Positions 1 through 13,459 of a stretch of DNA of 64,000 nucleotides are shown piece after piece. This DNA comes from Chrysomallon squamiferum (lineage: Eukaryota; Animalia; Mollusca). The first letter of the stretch is position 1, and every line of letters starts with the position of its first letter. The notes under the pieces were generated by a model, which had not been told where the DNA came from, did not search any database, and was given only the letters and a program-made list of their open reading frames with translations. The position numbers and the translations under genes are program-made. The DNA lies in contig CM022678.1 of the NCBI GenBank assembly GCA_012295275.1, forward strand, positions 3,286,001-3,350,000, in the 5' to 3' direction.

Positions 1-470
1 ATATAGTCACTATTCACTGCTTGTTTTTATGGTTAATCGAACTATTTTTGCCAGATAAATTTTTTTTTTTTTTTTTTTTTTTTAACTTTTTAAAGATAGC
101 ACTGTTATTAAATGTTATTGGTAAATAGAATATGCATGGAAAAAAAAAGAAAAGTTTATAATATAATACTGACGACATCTTCTTGAATGATAAACAAACA
201 AATGTAGGTAACAAACACAAAACAAGTTCGTTAGCAATATAAAATAATTTATATATCGAAGACTGTTCAGCATAATATTTATATCGTGCAAAATTCAGCA
301 GTGTTGCAAATAAATATGCACAACAATATACCTAAAGCACGTATCGAACTCACTGATGTACATACTGATTGTATTGAACTCAGTGATGTAGGGTATCGGT
401 AATAGTGAACAGTATATCGTGACGTAAACACAGTACGCAACAGAAGTAAGAAACAAAAAACAGAACTCAC

Positions 471-519
471 CCCTCTTCGTTTCTTCCTATCTGTGATCTG
501 ACAGCTCTGAGATGGAGAC
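471..519 (-). CDS. Hey: Hey coding exon 2 (start of basic region); gene continues left of the window
   Basis: Strong acceptor ctctctgtttttattccAG|, 49-nt exon encoding (G)SPSQSCQITDRKKRRG, donor |GTGAGT at 470. Matches the Hey motif SCQ/SSQ-xx-RK(K/R)RRG, with the intron directly after RRG as in Hey genes. Confidence 0.88.
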
Positions 520-705
520 CTGGAATAAAAACAGAGAGGCCGAAATCAGAATAATAAACGAAGACGAGCAAAATGCAACTAACGCAAACACGCATAACGC
601 TTATTATTGGCACGCGCACGCACAGACGCCGCTCACGTGCAGACGACGCACGCACCGGCGACCGTGCACGCGCGACGCGGAAGTGACATAACGTGCGTCT
701 CTTAC

Positions 706-770
706 CCTGCCTTCAGACTGTCACTGAAGCCGTCTTCGCTGTCGCTGTCGTCGCTGTAACTGCGCTTCAT
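706..770 (-). CDS. Hey: Hey (hairy/enhancer-of-split related with YRPW motif) bHLH-Orange transcription factor, coding exon 1
   Basis: ATG at 770 reads MKRSYSDDSDSEDGFSDSLKA(G) and ends at donor GG|GTAAGA (705). The MKR...SDSD acidic N-terminus resembles HEY1/HEY2. Phase 2 matches the next exon. Confidence 0.85.
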
Positions 771-1400
771 CGTGGCGTGGTTGCTGCTGCGGAAGCACTG
801 ATTTGACAAAAGAGGACGAGAGCGGATGTACGACTTTTCCCGAACGGCGGCCGATTTTGACTGACCTTCGTCTGTCGCGCTACGCTCAATAAAAACCTCC
901 TCGTGCTTTCCCCTTCACGCCTACCCACCGACCACCGCTCGTGATTGACATGCCGGCGTTCGTTTACTATGGAGCGTTGGCAACAACGCGCACCGGTCAG
1001 CCGCTGCGATTGGCCGGCGCCTGCTACGACCACGCCAGTTATCGCGAGGCCCTTGTGCGGCATGTGACAAAAATCGATACACTCGTCACTCGCCTCGCGA
1101 AGTTACTATTTTTGAGAATTTTAATAAATCGGAAATTTCGAAATCGATTATACCATGTATAAAAAATAATAAATAAAGATTTAATATATAACTTTATTTT
1201 GCACGATTTTACAATATTCAAATATATATATTTATATTTTTTTTTTTCATTTTATATATCTTGTTTACGATGGTGTCATGATTTTTCATTTAAACTGTTT
1301 GGAGATTAGCAATACACGTTCGGGGCCTACAGGTGATCCCGTATGACGTCGAGCGCGCGGCCAACACGCGCAGGTCGTGGGAAACCGCGGTTCTCAGAAT
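771..1400 (-). promoter_or_regulatory. Hey 5'UTR / proximal promoter, CpG-rich
   Basis: CpG-dense segment directly upstream of the ATG. Inr-like TCAGT (797-801, minus), CCAAT box (~1008-1013), ATCGATA (~1073-1079), consensus Su(H)/RBPJ site CGTGGGAA (1376-1383). Confidence 0.65.
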
Positions 1401-1711
1401 TCTGCAGTGTCTGCAACTGTACGTCAAAAAACTGAAATTAACTTGAATAACTAACAACAAAGACAGTTAGTGTCTAAAATATATAATAAACACAAAACGC
1501 ACTAAGGGACATAACTAGACACTGATACTTTTCTAATTTTGTAAGACGGCCGGTGACCACTTGCAAGCGGTTGACAGCCGATAAATAAACAATGATGACG
1601 TAAGAGACAGACACGAGGCTCTTACTGAATAGAAACACATTCGTTATGTACTGCTCCAGCGGTCTCTAGTAGTACATGGATAGGATCAAAATAATATTAT
1701 ATACACGCACT

Positions 1712-1848
1712 GACGCAAAAATATAATGAAACTCACGCATACATACATACACATTCTCTCTCTCTCTTCATAATAAAACATTAAACAAACATTAGCAATT
1801 ATATATATATATATAATTGCTAATGTTATATATACATATATATCTATA

Positions 1849-1915
<67 letters not shown>

Positions 1916-2039
1916 GCTAATTTTATATATGTATATATATATATATATATAACTGCTAATGTTTGTTTAATGTTTTAGTATGAGGAGAGAGAGTGTATGT
2001 GTATGTATGTATGTGTGAGTTTCATTATATTTTTGCGTC
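1712..2039. repeat. Inverted repeat with ~90-bp arms around a (TA)n core
   Basis: 1712-1800 (gacgcaaaaatataatgaaactcac...aaacattagcaatt) is the near-exact reverse complement of 1951-2039. Confidence 0.85.
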
Positions 2040-2064
2040 TATATATATGTATATATATATATAT

Positions 2065-2099
<35 letters not shown>

Positions 2100-2292
2100 T
2101 CTGATTTTATGTTTCAGGGTATATTATTGGTTTGTTCTGCTGTACAGTCTTTGCATTTTATTATACTGTTAATTGCTACTGTCACTATCGATATAATGGT
2201 ATTTTTTTCCCATGTCTTCTTTTTCTTTCAATTTATGCCGAAGTTCTCATATTTTTTTTTCATTGATCACTCTTTTTTATTATTATTATTTA

Positions 2293-2332
<40 letters not shown>

Positions 2333-2334
<2 letters not shown>

Positions 2335-2590
2335 CTCACGCTTTCATTTTCTTCACAAAAATCAGTAACTACGAGGTGTCGTCAAATCGAATTACAAAAT
2401 ACGCGCGCCAAACTGAGCGTGCATCAGGGGTCAAACTGTGTTCATCGAGCATGCGCCAGTGTCCATTTCCCTGACTTGCAGGGCACGTTCCCACAGCCGA
2501 TGGCACGAGCTTGGCACGCAGAAACACTATCGTCGTGTGATCGGCGCGAGGTTTCATTTGGAATCAATTACATTTGTGTGAGAAATCCGT
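2333..2590. promoter_or_regulatory. Candidate Notch-responsive enhancer (Su(H)/RBPJ site cluster)
   Basis: TTCTCACG 2333-2340, TTCCCAC 2488-2494 and GTGAGAA 2578-2584 within a CpG-rich island ~1.6-1.8 kb upstream of the Hey ATG. Confidence 0.55.
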
Positions 2591-2675
2591 GAACCATCGC
2601 CCGCTCTTCAACACTTCCCAACTTCCCGTTGTGTTTTGTATTTTTTGTCAGTGTTTTTTTTTTGTTTTTGTTTTG

Positions 2676-2677
<2 letters not shown>

Positions 2678-2736
<59 letters not shown>

Positions 2737-2827
2737 ATCTCTGTATCTCTCTCTCTCTCTCTCTCACTGTATCTCTCTATTTCTCTCTGTATCTCTCTGT
2801 ATCTATCTCTCTCTCTCTTTCTCTCTG

Positions 2828-2918
<91 letters not shown>

Positions 2919-2976
2919 GTATCTATCTCTCACTCTCTCTCTCTCTGTATCTCTCTCTCGCACTCTCTCTCTCTCT
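2678..2976. repeat. (CT)n compound microsatellite
   Basis: Direct reading of the sequence; it generates the ER/SL-repeat pseudo-ORFs. Confidence 0.95.
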
Positions 2977-3997
2977 GTTTGTGTGAGTGTGTGTACGTAT
3001 GTGTGTGGCTGTGTCTCTCTGTTTTTTCTTTCTCTTTCAGTTTTTCTCTTTCTCCCTTTCTTTCTCTCTCTCTTTCTCTCACTTTTATCTCTCTCGTTCT
3101 TCCTCTTTTCTGTCTCTCTGTCTCTTTCTTTCTCCGTCTCCACTTCTTCTTTTTTCTACTGTCAGTAACAACAGCATCACCACCACAACCATTACCACTA
3201 CTGTCACTATTACTACAACAACAACGACTACTACTGCTGCTGCTGCTGTAACTGTTACTAATACCTTTTAATACTTGATAACAACAGAAAGTGGAGTCAA
3301 CTCTTGAACTGGAAATCAGTCGTCAGGACCGTTTATCATCTCAAAACCTCCACCAGTGATAAATCTAATATTCGCTGCAGACAATCAAGAATTGTCTACA
3401 CAAATCCACCACAAAACAATTACATTTGAAGGATAAACTCAGTTTCTTGTCAACAGGTGTTCCTGAGGTACGTATTTTGAGTGCAATTTTCCAGAACTAG
3501 AAAAACGGTTTTTGATGTGCAATTTATCATCACATCTGTCGCAGTCTGTACTACTGGGTGACTTGTTTGTTATTACCTCGTGTCTGATATCACTCACTGT
3601 GTAAAACACTCCTTTCAACTGTCCTTTTAAACGTTGTCACTGAAACGTAGACTTCTAGCGCTGAAGTGATAATAATGTTCAGGTTGCTGTTTTTATTAAA
3701 AGCTTGCTGAAACGTCATTATGCTTGTAAGCAAATATTTATCCATCTAATCCATCTAATCTATCTATCCATCTATCTATCTATCTATCTATCTATTTACC
3801 ATACATACATACATACATACATACATAATCTATCTATCTATCTATCTATTTATCTATCTATCTACCATACCATATATATATATATGTATGTATGTATGGA
3901 TGTATGTATGTATGTATGCATGTATGGTATATAGACACACATATACAAACAGAGGGACAAACAGAGACAGAGAGACAGAGGTTGTCAAAGAGAGTGC

Positions 3998-4124
<127 letters not shown>

Positions 4125-4428
4125 TAATCCTTTTACGTGTAATGTTTCAGTTAACTGACGCAGTGAACAGTAAAATGACAGTAAGATTTTAATACATTTA
4201 ACGATTATGACGTCAAGGACGACACAACACAACTATTTCATTCATTGAGATAATTTTTTACTTTTATGAAATATCTATCTGGAAACCCATGAATTATTAT
4301 GAGAACCACTAAATCTATAGCATATATTAAATTATAATTTAACCAGCTCGTTAAATAATATAATTTTCGTTCGAGAATAATTGCTATATATAAAACAATA
4401 ATAATAATAATTTATTTGTTTTGTGGGA

Positions 4429-4473
<45 letters not shown>

Positions 4474-4769
4474 TAATAATAATTTATCTTTAGTAAATGT
4501 TTTATTTTATTTAATGTTAATTACTAATGCATTGTCTTCAAATTATTACTGCAAAAACACGCACAAATACACACAGACACAGAAAAAAACCAGTCTAAAA
4601 ATATTGTAAATGTCTAAGTTTATTTATCTATCACAAAATAGAGTGACTTTTTTTTATTAGAAAAAAACAAACAGAAAACACACATACATAAACGCATGAT
4701 TTTAATTAGTGTTTGTTCGACGACAATACTTTAATAAAATAATAATTACAATTCTGTGTTCTTTTACTG

Positions 4770-4818
<49 letters not shown>

Positions 4819-5324
4819 TTATTGTTGTAGTTGTTGTTGATACTATTATTAGTTAAATAACGAATCTTTTTAATATTAAAACATAAATAAAAAACGTGAT
4901 TTTTCATGTACATAATCTGTTACGAAATCTATATTATTTGACATTCAAAGAAAATCATTATAATTAGTATTCTGTTTTATTTTCTTCTTTTCTTTTCCTC
5001 TTCCTTATTACTGTTCTTGTTCTTCTTATTATTGTCATTATTATTGTTGCTGTTTGTTGTAATTATTACATAATTTTATTTAGTATTACACACACATACA
5101 AACACACAAACATACACAAAGAGCGGCACAAAGATAGATAGATAAAGGTGCACATATGATTACTACAGTATACATTATTATTATTATTATTTTTTTTTTT
5201 TACTAATACAAATACCTTTTAATACTTGATATTAATAGAAAGTTGAGTCAGTTTAAAACGAATATGTATATATATTATTAGTAGTAGTATTTTTGAATTT
5301 AAGTTTTAAGCCACTATTGCTAGT

Positions 5325-5356
<32 letters not shown>

Positions 5357-5614
5357 TCTATTTTGTTTAATACTAAAAATTCGTAAATTAACAACGGCAA
5401 TAGGTGCACGCGACAACCGCTCGAACACACTCTCTGTTCGTCAGCTGTCTAAGCTCCGCCCACTTTACGTCTCGAACTGACAGTTCCCTGGAGACGAAGA
5501 CGTATACATAATTACGTCGGTTAAAATCTATACAAAATAAATAAACACGGAACAATAAACCAAACAACTTTCACAAACTGTGATCACGAGCTCAGAAATT
5601 ATCGATTTCGCCAG

Positions 5615-5711
5615 TGACATCTCGCGTACCGCTCCCTGTCAAACAGCGTGACAAGTGCGCGTGGCACTTCGCTTACCCAGTGGCGCGTGACGTTTAGCGG
5701 GAAATTATCGA
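5615..5711. promoter_or_regulatory. Composite palindromic element, copy 1
   Basis: TGACA-tctcgcgtaccgctccc-TGTCA (5615-5641), followed by TGACG and TATCGA. Confidence 0.45.
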
Positions 5712-6290
5712 GCTAGGTAACGTCTGACGCACCTGGTAAAGAGGACGTGTTTGGTGTGGGCGGTGGACAAGAGGGGGTTAATGAACTTTCCGGAACATAA
5801 CGGGATTTGTCGATGTTGTTGTTATACAGTGTTAATTGTTGTTTTCATTTTTCTTCGTAGCGACTGCGTATTTGAATTCAGTTTAGTGCCGTATTATTGA
5901 ACTTTCTTTTTTTTTTCCTGTTGTATTTTACTCTGTTATGTTATAGGGATATTATATGTTGTATATCGTAATGTGTTTTTTTTATTGCATTATGTAATAT
6001 TATAAATGTAAATTATAAATAAATAAATAAATAAATAGTAATAAAAAATGTCGTCAACCTTTCATTCATTATGTTAAAAGTCGATAAATAACAAAGTATA
6101 TCTTACATCTACAAAATTTCTATCTATCTATCTGTCTATCTATCTATCTATCTATCTATCTATATATGTGTTTTTTCACTTTATTTGGTTTATTATTTTT
6201 AATTTATATAGTATTTTCTTTTATTTTACGAAAAAAAAGCTTTACTATATAAAATAGTACCGAGATAAAAAAAAAAAAAAAAAAAAAATA

Positions 6291-6336
<46 letters not shown>

Positions 6337-6551
6337 GTAAAGAACTAAATAAAAGAAATAAAAGAAATTTCCGTAATCCAGCTGTCTGTTTTCTTGTGTT
6401 TTAACGAGTTAAAAATGTTTGACACTAGCGTCACACAAACAGCTGAGCACTAACGGGACTCGAACCGTTGACATGATACGTGTCATCTTTTCACCGAGAT
6501 GCGACGCAAATTCTTTTGTACTTATTGTCTCGCTAATCGCTTTTTCGGGTA

Positions 6552-6633
6552 TGACACGTCGCGTGCCGCGAGATGTCACGCGCACTCACCTGTTCTACTG
6601 ACGAAGTCCGCGAGAAAAAAAAAAAAATATCGA
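6552..6633. promoter_or_regulatory. Composite palindromic element, copy 2
   Basis: TGACA-cgtcgcgtgccgcgaga-TGTCA (6552-6578), then actcacctg, TGACG and TATCGA. Confidence 0.45.
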
Positions 6634-7292
6634 TTTTTTGATTTTCTTCAGCGGTAAATCTTGAATGCCATCTGGGACATGGGCGTTGTTTTCACGCGTC
6701 ACTGCACTTCAGTTCCGTGCGATATGAAGAGAGAGAGGCGAAGAACAAAAATAGAAAAACGATGACACACTTCGGAGCGTCGTGTATTCCGGAAACTGAC
6801 GGAAACAGACGAACTTGTCTGAATCTTCAAAACGATGATACCCGGAAAGGTGTACACGAAATTGGCTTCTGCTTAAGGATTTATTTAAGAATAAAACAAA
6901 TTAGGCCTCGTTTGACCGTAAATGTTTCAACATTCACGATTCGGATTAAATGACGATGTTTTTAATTTGTTCGTATGATCCCGGAAATATTTAGTTTACT
7001 ACAGTATTAAAAATAATTTTTCGCAACTTTTTGTGGTAGAGAAATCCGATTTATTATTTTTATTTATTTATTTTATTTAAATCATGATATAAATAAATAA
7101 ATAAATTTTGATAAATAAATAAAGAACAACAACAATAACAGTAATAATAACATCAACAAAAACTATCTATAAAAGAAAGGATACTAAGAAAAGAAAGAAA
7201 AAAAATTAAAATTAATTTTTAAAAAATGGTCCAGGATCTTTGAGAGTCTATAATATTACCTGAATATTAATTTCTTATCAGTTTGAATAATC

Positions 7293-7341
<49 letters not shown>

Positions 7342-8214
7342 TAATAATAATAATAATAACAACAACAATAACAATAATAGTAATAATAATAAATATGAAA
7401 CGAACATACGGTTTTCCGAAACAAGAGCCGAAATATCCACCATCATAAAACGCATTTAATTTATTCTTAAATTATATTTTAATAATAATAATAATAATGA
7501 TGGTGATGATGATGATGAAGATAATAATAATGATAATAATAATAATAGTAATAACGACGATAATAATAATAGTAATAATAATAATAATAATAATAGTAAT
7601 AATAATAATAAATAATAATAGTAATAATAAGAATAATAAGAATACTAAATAATAATAATAATGATGATGATGATGATAACAATAATAATAATAACAATAA
7701 TAATAATAATAATAATAACAATAACAATAATAGTAATAATAGTACGAAGAAGATATACGAAAACCAGTCTTCCGTTCTTCTTTTTTCTTTACCTTTTATC
7801 TAGTTTTTTTTTTTTAATTTAAAATATTTTTTATATTTTCCCTTTTCTCTTATTTTCTTCTTCTTATTATTACTAGTTATTATTATTGTCATTATTATTA
7901 GAATTTTTACTACTACTATTATTATTGTTATTATCATCATCATCATCATTATTTAGCTGTACTTTTTGTTTTAGGTTTTCTATAGTTATTTTCTGATGTT
8001 ACAGAAGCATATTCAGTAATATAACTGGAGGATAACATATAATACCATTTTTATAATATTGTATGTATATTATCCATTGTAGGAATGTGGTGTAAGCACA
8101 TACTTTAATGTATGTATTAGGTGGCCTGACATAAAAAAAAAAAAGAAAAAAAAAAAGAAGAAGAAAAAAACAACACTGTAACGCAAAGCAAAGCAAATGA
8201 ATATAAAGTTACAT

Positions 8215-8460
8215 AACGTAAATTATATTTTAAACTATAACGTAAATTCTAACATTAACTATAACGTCAGTTCTAACTTAAACCATGACGTAAATTCTAA
8301 CGTAAACTTTAACGTAAATTCTAACGTAAACTATAACGTTAATTCTAACGTAACCTATAACGTAAACTATAACAACTATAAGGTAAATTCTAACGTAAAT
8401 TACAATGTAAATTCTAACGTAACCTATAACGCAATTTCTAACGTAAACTATAACATAAAA
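8215..8460. repeat. 12-bp minisatellite (AACGTAAATTCT / AACGTAAACTAT, 24-bp higher-order unit), ~20 units
   Basis: Alternating units are visible directly; they produce the NVNS/NVNY pseudo-ORF. Confidence 0.9.
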
Positions 8461-8890
8461 TAACATAGGTTAGCATAAAGTGAAACAAAATTTATGATAC
8501 TAGGACACTGAGAGTCATTATTCGGGAGTAAAAACAACGAGACAGCTGTTTGATTCAAAGTTCAAACTGCTTTCCTCTTAACATTTCCACCCCATTTCGG
8601 GTACGTAAGTACGATCAGTGACGAAACCTCATCTCTCGGAAAGACGGGCCACGTGTCTAGTACGAGAACACGTTAAAACAAACAGAGCTGCGCTGGGGGA
8701 GGGGAGACACCGTAAGTCTCATAAATCTAGCGCGTCCTTCTTGGCATGTCGCGTGCTTCATTAATATGCCACGCGAGTGTAAACGGATACCATCCGTTTT
8801 AATGGCTGAAATTAACAGTACTTTTCAAAGTTAACGGGTTCTCGGGTCGTCTTTTCAGACTCGGATGGAAACATTTATTGATTTCTGCTG

Positions 8891-8958
8891 TGACACGTCG
8901 CGTACCGCTAGTGTCACTCTACCTGTGACGTAGCTCAGCTATTCCAGCGAGATATCGA
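8891..8958. promoter_or_regulatory. Composite palindromic element, copy 3
   Basis: TGACA-cgtcgcgtaccgctag-TGTCA (8891-8916), then ctacctg, TGACG and TATCGA. Confidence 0.45.
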
Positions 8959-9597
8959 TTTTTAACAACCCGGCGGCGCGAGCTGGCCCATCAATGACAT
9001 CTGGCCAATCGTAACAGAGCGGAGCTCGAGCTCGCGCGCGCGCGCGCTTCCAGAAATTTAACCCACCTGGCCTGATGTCATCGTCGTGATCCACGTGCAG
9101 CGATTGCACGAGTGTGTTTATTAGCAGACGTGAAAATGAATAAACGAAAATGAACGAACGCTTGAAAATAAATGACAGAAATAAATCAAAACAAATAAAT
9201 TAATAAATAAATAAATAAATAAAACGACCGCTGGTAACAAAGACAGGATTTGTTACTTTGTTTAATATTAAAAGTAAAAAAAAAAATAAAATAAAATAAA
9301 AAATAAAATAAAATAACTTAATTTCAAGAAAATTCGTAATAATTCGGCAATTTCTGTTTCATTATTGAAAATGAGGCTGCTCTGCGTTTGCGCTGAAAAA
9401 TGTCGTTAATCTGTCGCAAAATATGATTAGGTAAGTTAATATACAAAATTTTTTTCTGATCTAGTTTAGTTGCAATATTCTCTTTCGGGTAACTTCGTTC
9501 TAATACGGAATACTTATTACAGTACGTTGTGCTGTCTTAAGCTTCTACATTTTTTTCCTTGTCTTTTCTTTCTTTCTTTTGTATTTGATTTTTCTCT

Positions 9598-9628
<31 letters not shown>

Positions 9629-9776
9629 TTTGTTGTTATTATAATTATACGTACATACATACATACATCGATGATAAACATAATTTATATATTTTCCAAA
9701 TAAAATAATTTTCTAATGAAAATTTTTTTATTATTATTATTATTATTATTTATTATTATTATTATTATTTTTATTA

Positions 9777-9820
<44 letters not shown>

Positions 9821-10061
9821 GTCGCTTTCTCTTTGATAACAGATGATTTTACAACTTTTAATTAAAGGTAGCATATTGTTACAGGTGTGGTCATTCAGCT
9901 GTTTATGTCTGTCACTATTCAGCTTTATATCATGTTTCTGTTATTAATTTATGGTCCGTTTAAACCTATGCTGTATCTTGTTACCTTTGTTGCATGTGAA
10001 CAAGTTTTTAATTCCGCTATATCAGATTTTGTAAAAAAGTTAATACAACTGTTGAAATTAT

Positions 10062-10153
<92 letters not shown>

Positions 10154-10325
10154 TTGCACATGCACTCATTTATTTGAACAGAAGGGTTATAATTATTAAA
10201 CAAGATATTAGCATTTACTATTTATTTATTTATTTATTTATTTATTGTTGATATTGATGGCTATTTGTTTGTGTATATATTTGTCCTTATAAATGATATA
10301 AGTGTCGTATTTGATTGTAATTAAA

Positions 10326-10427
<102 letters not shown>

Positions 10428-10500
10428 CTGTTGCAGTTTCTTTATTTGAACAAAACAACAACAACAAAATAAATACAAATAATAAAATACAAAAAAAAAA

Positions 10501-10541
<41 letters not shown>

Positions 10542-11038
10542 TAAACAAAATAAACAAAAACGAAAAACAACAAAAAAGTAATTAAAACCACAGCAACAAC
10601 AACTATGTATGCGCGTTATACTCTTAAGATGACAGTGACATTTGACTTTATTTTCATAAACTTCATGATTACAGTACAGAGAAGGATGTTTTACATATAC
10701 TTCTTATTAACAAACACAGCTTTTTAATATAGATATATTTTTACAGATAAGCAAATTATTATATGAAATTATATTTGGATGTCTCATGTATTTATCTGGC
10801 ACACCTTTTCTCGCGTTTAATAATACATGATCATTACATTTAAATATATAAGGAAATTCATCTCCAGTTTTGTCAAGATTACAAATATGACATTTTCTAT
10901 TTTCTCTAAGAATATTAAACCATCGTCCAGTCCAATTTCAATAGGAAGTTTAATATTAGAGTTTCTAAATTTACAAAACACATTAGCATTCTTTTAAGGT
11001 AGCAGAGTAAGATGATTTTTCAATTTTATTTCATTTAA

Positions 11039-11069
<31 letters not shown>

Positions 11070-11934
11070 AATACAGTTTTGAACAAAATTATAATTTGTA
11101 GATACTGATAATGTAATAGTTTGGAGACGTTTTAGTTTCATTTTGTGATATATCCATACATATCATAAACCACAATCATCTAAAATATTTTTTCCAAATT
11201 TGTTCCAAGGAGAATCGATAACATGCATTAAATAATACAGTTGTGAGGAAATCTGGTTTTGGCTATAGTAAAGTCAACAATGCTACCATATGATGACGTA
11301 AGGATTACTTCAATTATGACGTTATACATAGCAACACCATTATATTTTATATTAGGCTATTCTAAATCGATTTGAAAGATAATCGTGCAAAATAAGTATT
11401 TGGTTTTGAGAGTATCAGGCTTTGCCATTTATTATAAATTTAGTAAAACATTAAAGGTCTAAATATTATCACTGATATGTAAGAAAATGTTATTTTTCTC
11501 AGTTAAAAATGCTGGATGTTTGCATGCTTGCATGAAGGTAAGTTAAATATATCGATTAATACTTGTAATTTTTCAGAAATATTTATAGATAAGATACAGG
11601 TAACGTAAGGTGGATTTATAATGTGAACAAAGAAAGAAACAAATAAATTACAACATCGTTGTTACAGAACATTAAAAACAACAACTACCACCACTACAAC
11701 GTTTACTACTACCGCTACTACTGCTGCATCTGCTAGCACCAGTACTGTTACTATTACTACTACTATTACTTTAAGTAAATAAAGTAATGGTGGGAGTTAT
11801 TGTAGTAGTAGTAATAGTTGTTGCTGTTGTAACACACAAGTTGTGTACCACTTAATATTTTTATTAATTTTTTTTAAAAATAATTGTACTGCTGCTGTTG
11901 TTAAATTTTTGATATTGTCGTTGTTGTGTTATAT

Positions 11935-11970
<36 letters not shown>

Positions 11971-13459
11971 TTTATTTATTTATTTATTTAGTTAGTTAGT
12001 TAGTTAGTTATCTTTATTCATTTATTCATTTATTTATTCCAACTGTTATTTACCATTCATCGACATACGATAATACTTTAACGTTAAACTGCCCGAGTGT
12101 TTCGTGCAGAATCAAACTCCACTGATCCTTCACCTCGCCAGTTCACGTCTGTCGAGGCGGCGGTTTTGCGGATCACGTGACGAGTTTACACAGCTAACAA
12201 AAACATACTTCCACGTTTACCGACAGTGCCGCTCCGTTTTTGAACGTTTTTGTTGTAAAGACATTTCACAAACATCAAACGACCACCTGCGAGAAGAGCG
12301 CCATCTTGCGGATGCGAATCTCTCGACTTTGAGCGTGAGAACGAGGCCTGTCCCGCGCGAGACACTGCGCGTGAGCAGCACGAGCGGAAATACAGTGGTC
12401 GGATTGTGTCGCAATAATATAATAATACGTGTTGTTTTAACTGTAGCATAAACAGTCATAAATTATATTAACTTTAATAAGATATATATATATATATATA
12501 TAAAAAGCAATAATAACAACAGCAACAACAACAACAACAACAACAATAATAATAATAATAATTACAATGATTAAAACTACAAGCTGTTAGTCGCAAAAAA
12601 TAACAAGTTTCAAACAGTTTTACTAATATCAGCAGTTGTAATAATAGATCTGTTGGTACTAGTCTTGTTAGTTACTGTAATAGTAGGTAGAGTAGCAGCA
12701 GTAGGAAATAAGTGAGGTGTTTTTTTATGTGCATTATACAAAATAATATTAATAAAGATTACATATTCTATCTTATTAAATTAAAAATTCAAAAAGCCTC
12801 TTGTTTATCATCATCATCTTCTTCTTCTTCTAAGTCCTATTATTATTATTATTATTACTAATATTATTATTATTATTACTAATATTATTATTATTATTAC
12901 TATTATTATTATCGCTAACGACTCTCATAACGTCAATTCTCACATCGACTACAGCACGCATTAATTCCTGTTATCGCTGATTAAAGTAAAAAGCTGCCGG
13001 CTTGTTAAACAAACATTTATTCCTTTCTCCCTGATTATTTTTAATCAGTTCAGTACCAATATCACTGCAATGCAGCGCGGGCGCCCGGTCAACTGTCGCA
13101 GTTAGTCCTTGTTATTCTGTTTGTTTTTCTCAACGTCAGTTTATCGGATCGCACCCGAAAAAAAAAAAAAAAAAAATACCGTGTGACCAAAACTGCGAAC
13201 AATCCGAGAATAAATAATCACTGAACGGAGGACAACAGTCGAAGCGATCAGCGCTTTAGAGCGCATCAATTGATCCGGACCAGTCTTATGTGCATAAACA
13301 GGCCGAAAGAAATAACAAAAAAAAAAACAAAAAACTTACGGGGTATTGTCGTTTTACCTTTTTGTCGTTTTTTTTTAAAACCAGACGTACTGAAGAGCGA
13401 CTTTTTTAAAAGGCGGGAGTTACCTACAGCAGGTTTCCGCAGCGAATTAATTTATTGCT

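Noticed and set aside
467-1221. ORF-track ORFs 467-655, 767-1063, 941-1162 and 1039-1221
   Set aside because: They overlap the Hey exons and promoter in the wrong frame or strand; the real coding frame is the spliced 770-706 / 519-471.
8197-8463. Asn-rich NVNS/NVNY repeat ORF suggestive of a prion-like or biomineral protein
   Set aside because: Fully explained by a 12-bp minisatellite; no signal peptide or supporting exon structure.
5615-8916. CRISPR-like interpretation of the 27-bp palindromic repeats
   Set aside because: Only three degenerate copies, 0.9-2.3 kb apart, in a eukaryotic context with no regular spacers or cas genes.
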